A stretch of 61,070 nucleotides of DNA, filler included, from 8 parts of 8 records of this genome joined end to end with filler, not necessarily neighbours in it; one strand, 5' to 3'; counted from the first letter of the whole stretch, positions 9,192 to 19,987 are shown. Notes: generated by a model from the letters alone, not told the origin. Made by a program: numbers and translations.

Positions 9192-9609
9192 ATTGAAAAT
9201 CAAAAAAAATTAAACTAATATTTTAGAGATTATTTCAATTATTCAACTAAAGCAGCTAATTTGTAAACACAGTCACGCATCTTGATCGAGGCCTATTTCG
9301 TCTTTTTAATCAAGACCTACCCAAAAACCCCAAATATATAGCCTGTTATATAAACAACATCCCCTGAGAGCAGTGGTTTATAAGGGCTGGCAGCCCCTTA
9401 AAGGTCGCTTACGTCAAATTCTGGCGGGCGACCGCTCCAGAAGGATTTGGCCTTGGTTCCTCCTTGTTGGCCTGAAAGCCGTCGAACTTTCCTGGCGGTA
9501 GTTCACTTCAGAATATTTTTACGGATAGAATTGTATCTTCTTAATCTATCAAAGCCTATTGTTCAGACTCTGGAACCAACTAGTTCAAAAATCCTTCAAT
9601 CTTTCCCCT

Positions 9610-9660
9610 ACCGGCTGGCCGGTTGATTGAAAGAATAACCAAATACCTTATCCCTGTCAA
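9610..9660 (-). promoter_or_regulatory. sigma70-type promoter with overlapping operator copy 2
   Basis: Minus strand TTGACA (9660-9655)-17 bp-TATTCT (9637-9632); ACCGGCTGGCCGGTTGA at 9610-9626 covers the predicted start site. Confidence 0.62.
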
Positions 9661-10259
9661 GGACAAAATTTCGTTTTTTTTTAAAAATACATATAGTGCG
9701 ATATTATCCAAGTTCATGTCGTGAAAATATATGATAAGAATTCTACTAGCACCCAACGCCCCTACAACGTGGTTCGGAACTCGCGCCAAAGCAATTCATT
9801 CTCAAAATATCAATTTTGGTTTTGCAATCAGGTTCGCGACGAAGCTTCTAAACCAACAGCGCTCCCCGCTAGCGCCGGTCTTTATAAAGATGTTTTTCAT
9901 AATATCATGCCGGAGTCTTCTCAATGTGTTACATATATTTTATCCTGATAATCCTGTTTGCCGAAATCTGACGGACTTGTCGCTATCCAATTTTCGTTCA
10001 CGCGCTCTTTACCCAACGCCCATTTTTGGCAACAAATAACAAAGGCGTAAATTTTTCAACTGCTCAGCAGGCGATACCCAAAATATTTTTATTATTGTAT
10101 AGAATAAAGAAATCAACTTCCATAGTTTATAATTTAGGTAGGTAAAGTTGCATTCATGGATATTGAGAGTGCAACATGGTACTACCCATGGTTGCTGCAT
10201 TTTAGATGTGGACAACCAAAGGCGCCGAATATGAGTTTGTTGGAGTTGGGAGCAGATAT

Positions 10260-11348
10260 ATGCTTTTGCGAAAATTTATATATTTGGTGCTCGCCTGCCT
10301 CATTTATCCGTTTCAGCCGGCCCTGGCGGATAATACTCCCAATGTACTTGTCGTCACCAACTCAAAGACCTTGCCGCCGCTTTCGTTTCTGAATCAGGAC
10401 GGGGAACCCAGGGGCATCCTGATTGAGCTTTGGCGGGAATTCGGAAAACAAACCGGGAAAAACATTAAGTTTCAGCTCGTTGATTGGAATATGAGCCTGG
10501 AGTTGGTCAAAACCGGGCAAGCCGACATTCATGCAGGTTTGTTTAAATCCAAAGAACGGGATGCGTACCTCGATTTCACCGACCCAATACGTATTTCATT
10601 GGCCACACGTATGTTTGTTTCTCAAAAGCTGAAAGTTTCCAGCCTCAATGAGTTGGGAAAGATACCAATTGGCGTTGTCAAAGGCGATTTTACACAGACA
10701 TTTATTCGAGACAAATATCCTTCCATTCAACAACGTCCTTATATAAACACCATTGAGCTTGTCAAGGCTGCACTTGAGGGGGAGGTGCTAGCTTTTGCCT
10801 CTGATTACCCGACAGCTATGTATTATCTTCACAAAATGGGATCGCCCGAGCAGTTTCATGTTGCTGACACTCTGTACATGGAAACGCTTTATGCTGCTGT
10901 AGCCGAAGATAATGGGAAACTGCTCGAATTTGTAAACCAAGGCCTGAGAAAGATACCTGATGATGAATTTGAACGTATTACCCAGAAATGGATTCAATCG
11001 GAGCCAACAATTCCTAAATGGGTTGTTCCGTCCTTTTTCTGCATTTTGGGATTTCTGCTGATTGTTTTTTCATTGCTTTATATTTTTGCCCTTAAGCGGC
11101 AAGTGTCATCACGTACAAAAAAACTGGAACAGGCATTAAAGGAAGTGAAAGCGCTCAGCGGCCTGCTTCCCATTTGTTCGAATTGCAAGAAAATCCGGGA
11201 CGATACCGGTTACTGGAGCCAGGTTGAGGATTACATAAGCAAACACTCTGAAGCCGTATTCTCTCACGGCGTTTGTCCTGATTGTCTGAGGGCGCTTTAT
11301 CCTGATATAGCCGATGAGGTGCTTAACAAAGTCGATAAAATCAAATAA
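10260..11348 (+). CDS. Family 3 solute-binding sensor with TM and C-terminal CxxC...HGxCPxC domain
   Basis: Signal peptide, PPLSFLNQDGEPRG and GQADI SBP3 motifs, TM, then LSGLLPICSNCKKIRDD...FSHGVCPDC. Start placed at ATG 10260. Confidence 0.85.
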   Translation: MLLRKFIYLVLACLIYPFQPALADNTPNVLVVTNSKTLPPLSFLNQDGEPRGILIELWREFGKQTGKNIKFQLVDWNMSLELVKTGQADIHAGLFKSKERDAYLDFTDPIRISLATRMFVSQKLKVSSLNELGKIPIGVVKGDFTQTFIRDKYPSIQQRPYINTIELVKAALEGEVLAFASDYPTAMYYLHKMGSPEQFHVADTLYMETLYAAVAEDNGKLLEFVNQGLRKIPDDEFERITQKWIQSEPTIPKWVVPSFFCILGFLLIVFSLLYIFALKRQVSSRTKKLEQALKEVKALSGLLPICSNCKKIRDDTGYWSQVEDYISKHSEAVFSHGVCPDCLRALYPDIADEVLNKVDKIK

Positions 11349-11416
11349 TACGTTGGGAACATTGGCAAAGAATTATTTAATAGTCTAAGGCGTGTATCGA
11401 AAACGGTATTGTCAGT

Positions 11417-13141
11417 TCATTCGTCCCGATCCAATACGGTGCGAACCTTGTTCAGCAAGTCCGTCACCATGTATGGTTTTCCAATGTATCCGACGGCCCC
11501 TGCTTCCAGAATGTTTTTGACCTGCCCATAGAGGGAATAACCGCTGGCGATGATTACTTTGGCTGAAGGATCGAGCCTTAATAATTCTTTGAGACACCTG
11601 TGTCCACCCATCCCCGGCATTCCGATGTCCAGGATAACCAGGTCAATTTCATTGGACTTATTGGAATAGTTCTTCATTGCTTCTTCGCCGCTTGAAGCGG
11701 CCACAACGGTATAGCCCAATTTTCTTAAGATTTTTGAGGCGAAATCCCTGATCGATTCTTCATCATCAACAAGTAGAATGGTCTCTGCGCCGCCTTGGGC
11801 CGTCTTGGTTTCAAGGTCCTTATCTTCAATAATATCAATCTTATCAATGGCGGGCAGGTATATCTTGAATGTTGTTCCTTGGCCGATTTCGCTGTAACAA
11901 ATGATATAGCCTCCATGGCTCTTGACGATCCCATAAACCGAAGCCAAACCCAAACCGGTTCCCTTGCCAAGCTCTTTGGTTGTGTAAAACGGTTCGAAAA
12001 TGTGTTCTACGGACTCTTTGTCAATTCCTTCTCCTGTATCAGAAACAGTCAGGAGGACATAATTGCCGGGAATCGCATCCAAATGGCTTTTAGCATACTC
12101 CTCGTCCAAGGTTACATTTTCCGTTTCAATTATTAAATTACCGTGATCATGCATGGCGTCAGCAGCATTGGTCCCGAGATTCAGAAGGATTTGTTCAATT
12201 TGGACGGGGTCGGCTTTAATAGTCCACAACCGCCCTTTTGTGTTTATTTCTATATTGATCATTTTCGGGATGGTTCGCTCTAATAGTCTTCTGGCTTGCT
12301 CAATTTCAAGGTTTAAATCAACCGGCTTGCTCTCGGTCTCAGCTTTACGGCTGAAAAGCAAAAGCTGTTGAATGAGTTCAGCTGCCCTTCCGCCGGCTTT
12401 TTTAATTTGATTTAGATTGACATAATCCTGATTCTGGTCGTCTTTATCTATTAAAAGAAGTTCTGTAAATCCATTTATTGCTTGTAAAATATTGTTGAAG
12501 TCATGGGCAATACCACCGGCCAAGGTCCCGATAGCTTCCATTTTTCGAGATTGTTGGAGTTCAAATTGTAGTTTCAGTCTTTCTTCCTCTGCTCGCTTGC
12601 GTTCGGTTATATCAAAAATGATTCCTCTTAGACCATCCGCTTTACCTTCATGAATAATAGGTGTTGATCGGATAATTCCTTGAAATGTTGAACTATCTTT
12701 TCTTACAAGAGAATATTCAGAAAGTCCAATATCCTCCCCGTTAAGTATACGATTTATATTTTCTATCGCCCCGGGTTGATCATCAAGGGCAATCATGTCA
12801 AAGGCGTTAAGTCCTTGTTCAAAATCATGTTGAGAATATCCAAACTGATCAAATGCACTTCTATTTACATAAACCAGGTTGCCTTCAATATCCGTCTCAA
12901 AAACCACCACCGGTAGTAATTCGGCAAGATCTCTGAATCTCGTTTCACTCTCTTTAAGCGCCTGCTCCGTGCGTTTCCGTTCTTCAATTTCCTTTTTAAG
13001 GAGGTAGTTTGCTGCCTCAAGTTCAGATAGCCTTGCCTGCAGTTCGGGGTAATAGCTTTTTCGGATTGATCTTTCGCCCAGGCCAATTATTTTATCTCTC
13101 AGCAGGCTCCTATCCTCTGGTGTTTTAAAGCGCTTTTTCAT
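11417..13141 (-). CDS. ErcS-like PAS hybrid histidine kinase/receiver
   Basis: N-terminal IIGLGERSIRKSYYPELQ motif, PAS, H-box GGIAHDFNN, G-boxes GKGTGLGL, C-terminal REC; overlaps the ercA-like gene. Confidence 0.88.
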   Translation of the reverse strand: MKKRFKTPEDRSLLRDKIIGLGERSIRKSYYPELQARLSELEAANYLLKKEIEERKRTEQALKESETRFRDLAELLPVVVFETDIEGNLVYVNRSAFDQFGYSQHDFEQGLNAFDMIALDDQPGAIENINRILNGEDIGLSEYSLVRKDSSTFQGIIRSTPIIHEGKADGLRGIIFDITERKRAEEERLKLQFELQQSRKMEAIGTLAGGIAHDFNNILQAINGFTELLLIDKDDQNQDYVNLNQIKKAGGRAAELIQQLLLFSRKAETESKPVDLNLEIEQARRLLERTIPKMINIEINTKGRLWTIKADPVQIEQILLNLGTNAADAMHDHGNLIIETENVTLDEEYAKSHLDAIPGNYVLLTVSDTGEGIDKESVEHIFEPFYTTKELGKGTGLGLASVYGIVKSHGGYIICYSEIGQGTTFKIYLPAIDKIDIIEDKDLETKTAQGGAETILLVDDEESIRDFASKILRKLGYTVVAASSGEEAMKNYSNKSNEIDLVILDIGMPGMGGHRCLKELLRLDPSAKVIIASGYSLYGQVKNILEAGAVGYIGKPYMVTDLLNKVRTVLDRDE

Positions 13142-14291
13142 AGATCATCTCAATGTCGCGGATTGTTGGTTGTCTGGGATTCGTTGCCAAACAGGGATCA
13201 TTGAGAGCGTTTTTAGACAATTGCGGGATTTCCGAAACACTAACCCCGAAGTCGCCAAGAGTTTGTGTTATCCCTACCTTTTTACGCAGATTGGATAAGG
13301 TTTCCACTAAGGCGTATTTTTGATCTCGCTCTGATATTTCTTCGATGCTGATTCCCGCTTCTTCAGCTATCTCCCTGTATTTCCAGGGGATCAATTCATA
13401 ATTATAGTCCACCACATGTTCCAGTAGGATTGCATTACATTCGCCGTGTGCTAAATCCAAAAATCCGCCAAGGCTGTGAGCCATACCGTGAACAAGTCCC
13501 AGACTGGCATTTGAGAAAGCCAATCCAGCCTGCAAACTGGCCAGCATTAACTTCCCGCGTAAGCTCAGGTCCTGTGGATACTCCATCACTCGTTGAAGGT
13601 TGGACATAATGAGTTTTATAGACTCCAAGGCTAACATATCAGTAATTGGTGAACTGGCATTAGAGACAAATGCTTCAAATGAGTGACATAATGCATCCAT
13701 ACCGGTCGCCGCGGTGAGTTCATCACTCATTGTCGTCGTTGTTATCGGATCTATTAATGCAACATCGGGGACAACAGTTTTGCTGATGATTGCAATTTTT
13801 GTCTTACGAATCGTATCTGATATAATTGCAAATTGAGATACATCCGCCGAAGTGCCGGCAGTGGTCGGGATACATATAAGCGGGGGACCTGGAATTTCCA
13901 CTTCGTCCACTCCTTCAAATTCTATAATATGCCGTTTATTTGTGATTACAATGCCGATGCCTTTTGCACAGTCCATCGGGCTCCCCCCGCCAATTGCCAC
14001 AATTAAGTCGCATTTTTCTTTGTCATATAATTCGGCGCCGGCCATGGTTTCATAATCTTTTGGATTCGGGGTAACCTCATCAAAAACAGCATATGGGATA
14101 CCGACAGTTGATAGTTCCAGTTCCACCCTGGCCGTCCATCCGACGTCGCGAACGCCTGAATCAGTCACGATCAGAGCTTTTTTGGCGCCAAAATTCTCAC
14201 AATACTGCCCCACCAGGTTTAAAGCGCCCTTACCAAAAACAAACTCCGGAGCAACGAATTTTCTAAGTTCCAGATGATCTGTCGTATCCAT
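13125..14291 (-). CDS. ercA: ErcA-like iron-containing alcohol-dehydrogenase-family regulatory protein
   Basis: LRKFVAPEFVFG N-terminus, GGGSPMDCAK, PTTAGT, DALCH, HGMAH and HGECN; RBS AAGGAG before ATG 14291. Confidence 0.82.
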   Translation of the reverse strand: MDTTDHLELRKFVAPEFVFGKGALNLVGQYCENFGAKKALIVTDSGVRDVGWTARVELELSTVGIPYAVFDEVTPNPKDYETMAGAELYDKEKCDLIVAIGGGSPMDCAKGIGIVITNKRHIIEFEGVDEVEIPGPPLICIPTTAGTSADVSQFAIISDTIRKTKIAIISKTVVPDVALIDPITTTTMSDELTAATGMDALCHSFEAFVSNASSPITDMLALESIKLIMSNLQRVMEYPQDLSLRGKLMLASLQAGLAFSNASLGLVHGMAHSLGGFLDLAHGECNAILLEHVVDYNYELIPWKYREIAEEAGISIEEISERDQKYALVETLSNLRKKVGITQTLGDFGVSVSEIPQLSKNALNDPCLATNPRQPTIRDIEMIYEKAL

Positions 14292-15369
14292 CACGGAATA
14301 CTCCTTATGTCGGTATGCCTCCTTGAGGTCAATATCCAACACGATCAAAGCAAAGGTTTATCAACCTCCTCTGTCGTCTTCTTGGTTGTGGCAGCCTATT
14401 AGTTTGTAGTGCTGCCTAATACCATTGGTCTGGAAACATAGTCTCTTACGACAAACACATCTTTCTCGATTAAAATTATTTTTGATTTGGATTCGTTAGG
14501 ATTATCAGGCATATGGTCATTTCAGACATTTCCATAAGATTTTAGACCATGCCAAAGGTCAATTCCTGGTTGAATTAACCTAACTTACTATAAATATAGA
14601 CTGCCCCCCGAATAAAACCAAGAAAAGAGTCTAACTTTAAGTGAAGGTTTGAAGCAAACAATTCCTGGATTCTTTGATAATGCAGGTTCCTTGACGGCCG
14701 GCATGAGTTGCTCAGTATATACTTGGCTGTTTATCAGCCCTATGGAACATATCGACGATCTTAGAGTCCGCATCCCATGTTCCTGCCACAACCGGTACTG
14801 TTGGGTGCATGCAGCTTCTGCGTTCCCAATGCGCCATCAATAACAGGCAGTGTTTGGTCATGGCGGATGGTATGGTTTCAGCTTGACCAAAGAACCAACC
14901 ATGGATTACTATATCCGCGAATCAAGAAAAATATTTGATTTTTCAAGAAATCGACGAGAAATCCCTTTTTCAGGGGAGAGGCTCAAGTTTTTCGGTTCAG
15001 TTCAATGCCTGTTCAATGGTCACAGTTGGCTCAACAGACTTGGAAAACTGAAATCGCAGCCCTTACTCATAATTCTGATTTTGACCGTTAGAGTTATTTA
15101 CTCTAAAGCCGTCTTACCTGAATATCACGCCCGCGACGTTTAACTTGAACAGGAAATGATGAACCCTGGTTGCAAGTAAGTTAATTAAACAAGCAGTATT
15201 CAATCTTCCAATAATTGGGCTCATTGATGTGCCCGCCCCAGTTTTGTAGGTTGGATTAGCGAAGCGTAACCCAATCTACGAGGAGATTGCCACAAAGTAT
15301 TTCTGGAACATAATAATAGGTGGATATCCGACAACGCTGCCTTTGCTTTAAAAAAGAGGGAGGTAAATT

Positions 15370-15726
15370 ATGAGCGACAAGGAATTCAAAATGTTCATCA
15401 ACGGGGAATGGGCAGACGCCCAAGGCGCCTTTTCCGACTACAATCCCGCTACCGGCGATGTTTGGGCCAAGGTTGCCGACGGAACCTCCGGGGACGCAAA
15501 AAAGGCCGTTGAAGCGGCGGCCGCCGCCCAACCCGCCTGGGCGGAGACGCCCCACTCCCAAAGGGCCGCGTATTTGCTAAAAGCAGCCGATATCCTGGAA
15601 AATAGGAAAATGGACTTTGTCAACGCCCTGATCGATGAGGGCGGGGCCTGGATCGGCAAAGCCATGTTTGAATCCGGGTATGTACCCGGCCTCTTCCGCG
15701 CCGCCGCTGCAGCAGCCTACCAGGTA
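15370..15726 (+). CDS. Aldehyde dehydrogenase, N-terminal fragment
   Basis: MFINGEW...YNPATG...AVEAAAAAQPAW...RAAYLLKAAD; strong RBS GGAGG; truncated at the spacer. Confidence 0.9.
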
Positions 15727-15826
15727 NNNNNNNNNNNNNNNNNNNNNNNNNNNNNNNNNNNNNNNNNNNNTTAATTAATTAANNNNNNNNNNNNNNNNNN
15801 NNNNNNNNNNNNNNNNNNNNNNNNNN
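15727..15826. other. Artificial contig spacer
   Basis: N-run with TTAATTAATTAA. Confidence 0.99.
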
Positions 15827-16228
15827 AGACTTATGTAAAACAACTATAAAGATGTTTTTCATTCCAAACATATTCTTTGCTAATAAGTACCTGACCTGAA
15901 AAAAGCTGGGTGTATGCATAAGGCTTCAGATAGGCAAGATAATTTGAAGACGATACAAATTTTACAGTTTGGATCTTACCAAATGCATATCAAAAAATAG
16001 GATGGTCAGAATTAGGATGGCACCAAAAAAATGAGACAAATAAAAATTATGAGTAACAAACTCAATAATACACTTTACCCCCTGTTGTGGTTTCAAAATT
16101 TTTAATTTTAAAATTAAAATGTAACCCAATTTTATTTAAAAGGTCTTTTAATATTCCGGTTGTAAACAATTAGGGCACACTTGACTAAAAATAGAAAGGT
16201 TTATCTACTAATAAACTGTACTGTATAT

Positions 16229-16325
16229 TGTGTACCATCAACAACACGCTTGTCGTGTAGTTAGTACAACCCTATCCAACCCCCAAACGAGACATCCTTA
16301 AAGGATGTCTCATACCCAATTTATT
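16229..16325 (+). ncRNA. Candidate archaeal small RNA (two hairpins flanking a C-rich single strand)
   Basis: BRE/TATA-like AGAAAGG-TTTATCTA at about 16193-16207; hairpin TGTAC..ACACG/CGTGT..GTACA (16231-16268); ACCCTATCCAACCCCCAAAC; hairpin GAGACATCC/GGATGTCTC (16289-16311). Confidence 0.5.
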
Positions 16326-16397
16326 CTGTTCTAAAATTCACTTTCAGGCCGAGGGGTTTTACCAACTATTTTAACTTCATTTGAGTTTATTAAAGGG

Positions 16398-16412
16398 TAA
16401 AATGTTTATATA
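16398..16412 (+). promoter_or_regulatory. Archaeal BRE/TATA promoter for the RND operon
   Basis: TAAAATG-TTTATATA about 75 nt upstream of the GTG start. Confidence 0.55.
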
Positions 16413-16487
16413 GATAAACAAGCCATTAGGTAGAATAATAAAACAACTAGATAAGAGTTTTTTTATTATCATAATTAATCATAAGGA

Positions 16488-18863
16488 GTGTTTATCATAA
16501 AGAATATCTTTGAAAAACTGGGTGTTTTCATTGAAAACAATACGATCCCCATCATATTGATCACGGTGCTTTTCATGATAATATCATTTCAAGGTGCCCA
16601 GTACATAGGTATGGCATCAGGAACTGATACCTTTGTAGACAAGAACTCCCAATTATACCAGAATTATGATCACCTTTATCAGAATCTTTTTGGTACCGAG
16701 TCCATCGTAATAATGGTTGAAGGCAGCGATGTAACAAATCCTGAGCTTATCAAAGCCATGGACAGGGCCTACGAATCCACGGTCAACATTCCCGGGGTGA
16801 TTCAGGTTGTTTCTCCGTCAACTGTTATCAAGGATGTAAGTTACCAGATGACAGGGAAAAGTGAGATTCCTGATGATGAAGCAGTTATTAATGAAATAAT
16901 CAGCTCATCGGTCCCGACTTACTTCATGCCTGATGATACGCATGCAACAATGACTGTGGTAGTTGAAGCTACAACCTCTGATGATACTAAAGAAGAGATA
17001 CTCAGAGAAACCAGGACAGCCATTGAACTGGCTAATTTCCCTGGAGACTACACTGTTATTGTTACAGGTGATCCTGCTTTTATGGTTGAGATGAACGAAG
17101 CGATGAATACCAGTATGGGTACTTTGCTTATGATATCTGTTCTTCTCATGATAGTTGTTCTGTACCTTGTCTTCAAACATGTAAGGTGGAGACTTCTTCC
17201 ACTTCCAGTAGTTATACTTGGTATCATCTTCACTTTTGGTGCCATGGGATATGTAGGTATTCCTATGACGATGGTTTCCATGTCTGCCTTCCCAGTACTT
17301 ATCGGACTTGGCATTGATTATGCCATCCAGTTCCATAACCGTATAGAAGAGGAATTAGAAGAAGGGTATTCTGATGAAGAGGCAGTGATCGACACAATCA
17401 AACATACCGGACCTGCAGTACTGATCGCACTTATAATAACCGCACTTGGTTTTATTTCACTGCTCACATCCACTGTTCCGATGATACAGGATTTTGGAAA
17501 GCTCCTGATGATCGGTATTGTGATGTGTTTCCTATCCTCACTGTTTGTGGGAGTCACAGTACTCTATGGTTTCCACAGAATATCAGAAAAGAACATCCTG
17601 GGAAAGCTCGGATTGAAAAAATCATCTTCTAACAAAAAAGTCCCTTCTCATGAAAAGGTTGAAACTGAGCCGGATTTTCTGGAAAAGGCACTCAAGAGTA
17701 TATCAACTTTTTCAATGCACCATCCGATAATGATCATTGCAATTGCAGGTTCCCTTTGTGTTGGCGGGCTTGTTGCTGACACAATGGTCCCTATTCAAAC
17801 AGATACTGAAACCTTTGTACCTCAGGATCTTCCTGCATTGATCGACCTGACACACATGAGTGATATCCTGGGCGGTCAGGACCAGTTGAACCTATTGATA
17901 AAAACTGATGATAACACCGATCCGGAACTGCTTGAATGGATAGACGAGTTCTCACAGCATGAGGTGGACGGAAGAAACAACATCTATGGCTCGAGCAGTA
18001 TTGTTGATCTGGTCAAAACCCAAAATGGAGGGACTATTCCAGACAGTTCTGCAGAAATTGCCATGATTTATGATCAGCTATCTGATAGTCAGAAGGACAC
18101 ATATCTTCACGGAAATTCCATTGTTCTGGTAAATCTTGAAATAGGAAATGCAATGGGTGAACTTGGGCTTGTGGGTATTGGAGAACTTAGCGACGTGGTG
18201 GAAGAAGACATATTATGGATGGTACCACCTCCCGGTGCTACAGTTACTATAACTGGTAATTCCGTTGTCTTTGTCGAAGTGATAGATGCCCTCACATCTG
18301 GCAGAACCATGATGACAATGCTTGGAATACTACTGGTATTTGCAGGTCTGCTTGTGATATACCGTGATATTTTGAAGGCTTTAACCCCGGTAATAACCAT
18401 GATAGTAGTAGTAGGCTGGGCAGGAGGTGTCATGTATGCAAGCGGTCTGGAGTACACACCAATGACTGCAACCCTGGGTGCTCTGATCCTTGGTGTGGGT
18501 TCGGAATATGCTATCCTGATGATGGAGCGTTATTTCGAAGAAAAGGAAAAAGGTGCTAGTCCCGAACAAGCAATGGAGGAAGCCAGTGTGAAGATCGGAA
18601 AAGCAATTGCTACATCCGGTGCAACCACTGTCTTTGGTTTCTCTGCGCTGATCGCATCACCGTTCAGTATTACCAGCAATTTCGGACTGGTCACAGTTAT
18701 AGATGTTTTCCTGGCTCTGCTGGCCACATTTGTAATCTTTCCACCTGTAATTGTTACACTTGACAAGTTCAGGGAAAAAAGAAGAGCAAATGCAGCAGAT
18801 AACAGTTTCAAACGAATAGATAAACACGAATCAAACACCATTCCGGAGGTTATAACCACATGA
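16488..18863 (+). CDS. RND/MMPL (HAE3-type) exporter
   Basis: Two-fold repeated membrane topology, GLGIDYAIQF and GVGSEYAIL, VTG motifs; RBS AAGGA. Confidence 0.92.
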   Translation: MFIIKNIFEKLGVFIENNTIPIILITVLFMIISFQGAQYIGMASGTDTFVDKNSQLYQNYDHLYQNLFGTESIVIMVEGSDVTNPELIKAMDRAYESTVNIPGVIQVVSPSTVIKDVSYQMTGKSEIPDDEAVINEIISSSVPTYFMPDDTHATMTVVVEATTSDDTKEEILRETRTAIELANFPGDYTVIVTGDPAFMVEMNEAMNTSMGTLLMISVLLMIVVLYLVFKHVRWRLLPLPVVILGIIFTFGAMGYVGIPMTMVSMSAFPVLIGLGIDYAIQFHNRIEEELEEGYSDEEAVIDTIKHTGPAVLIALIITALGFISLLTSTVPMIQDFGKLLMIGIVMCFLSSLFVGVTVLYGFHRISEKNILGKLGLKKSSSNKKVPSHEKVETEPDFLEKALKSISTFSMHHPIMIIAIAGSLCVGGLVADTMVPIQTDTETFVPQDLPALIDLTHMSDILGGQDQLNLLIKTDDNTDPELLEWIDEFSQHEVDGRNNIYGSSSIVDLVKTQNGGTIPDSSAEIAMIYDQLSDSQKDTYLHGNSIVLVNLEIGNAMGELGLVGIGELSDVVEEDILWMVPPPGATVTITGNSVVFVEVIDALTSGRTMMTMLGILLVFAGLLVIYRDILKALTPVITMIVVVGWAGGVMYASGLEYTPMTATLGALILGVGSEYAILMMERYFEEKEKGASPEQAMEEASVKIGKAIATSGATTVFGFSALIASPFSITSNFGLVTVIDVFLALLATFVIFPPVIVTLDKFREKRRANAADNSFKRIDKHESNTIPEVITT

Positions 18864-19987
18864 ATGGCACATTCAAAGAAATTAACAGATCAAAATTGTA
18901 TATTATCCCCTCAGTGGTATGTATTCTTCTCGCAGCTACTTTTGTGCTGATGCCTTCGGTAGCCGCGAAGGAATACCTACCACCAACTTATGAATATACG
19001 GACAATTACTACAAGGCCTACGGGGAGCCTGACATATATGCCTCTGTTCTCGGAGACACGGAATTCGATCGTGGTGAGACAGCCAATATAAATGTCGTAC
19101 TATCCAACAAAGGAGTATTGTATGGCTTCAAAGCCTCTACATTCATCGACGCTTCAGAAGGCGATCATCAACAATCTCTCACGGAACTGCAATACGAAAC
19201 TCAGAGGACAACAGCATACGGAATAAAAGCAAGTCTTGTATCCTCTACCGACCTGATCGAGATCGATGCTGCTACAAGCAGTCAGACACTGGATGAGTTG
19301 CTTCCAGGCGATCTATCCGAACACCCGTTCACTTTCACAGTCACTATCTCGGATAATGCTCCTGCAGGAGTATACATTCTGGAAATGCCGCTAAGTTTTG
19401 AATATGTGCAGGATGTAAGAATGACCGGTGGTGAATCTATCAGACTTGGAATGCCGGATCTTGATCATGCAAATTATTACGAGACAATAGAACAGACCAT
19501 TCAGATACCTGTAATTGTGGTGCCTGAAGCTAAGTTCAATATTGACAGTGTTTCAGGAAACCTCACAGCAGGAAGTACTGACACTGTCAATATCACCTAT
19601 ACTAATGTAGGTGAGCTTCCTGCAGAAGATGCAGTTGCCAGACTGATAGTAATGCAACCATTGAGCACCACCAACTCGGTAAAGTCAATTGGTACGATGC
19701 TTCCCGGAGAAAGCAAGACAGTATCCTTTGAGATCAGCTCTGATTTCCAGGCAGTTGAAAAGAACTATGGTGTTGACAGTGAGATCAAGTACACTGATGA
19801 AGACGGCGAGATTGCTTTTTCAGAGAATATGAAAGTAAATATGGACCTTAAACAACCTGAAAACCAACTTAATATAACAGGTCTCGCAATTGCAGGACTT
19901 GTAATTATGGGAATAGTACTGATTATCAAAAATAGAAAAAAGAATGGATCGAATGGATCAAAGAGATCTGAGGATCGATCGGAGTGA
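18860..19987 (+). CDS. COG1361 S-layer-like protein, paralog 1
   Basis: Signal peptide, LSNKG, APAGVY, YTNVGE Ig-like repeats, C-terminal TM plus basic tail. Confidence 0.8.
   Translation: MNGTFKEINRSKLYIIPSVVCILLAATFVLMPSVAAKEYLPPTYEYTDNYYKAYGEPDIYASVLGDTEFDRGETANINVVLSNKGVLYGFKASTFIDASEGDHQQSLTELQYETQRTTAYGIKASLVSSTDLIEIDAATSSQTLDELLPGDLSEHPFTFTVTISDNAPAGVYILEMPLSFEYVQDVRMTGGESIRLGMPDLDHANYYETIEQTIQIPVIVVPEAKFNIDSVSGNLTAGSTDTVNITYTNVGELPAEDAVARLIVMQPLSTTNSVKSIGTMLPGESKTVSFEISSDFQAVEKNYGVDSEIKYTDEDGEIAFSENMKVNMDLKQPENQLNITGLAIAGLVIMGIVLIIKNRKKNGSNGSKRSEDRSE

Noticed and set aside
9580-10215. Several short overlapping ORFs
   Set aside because: No motifs or RBS; more consistent with AT-rich intergenic DNA.
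14649-14843. CSCHNRYC resembling an IS91-type zinc-binding motif
   Set aside because: Match is too short, the following CxxC is missing, and no other transposase motifs or ends are visible.
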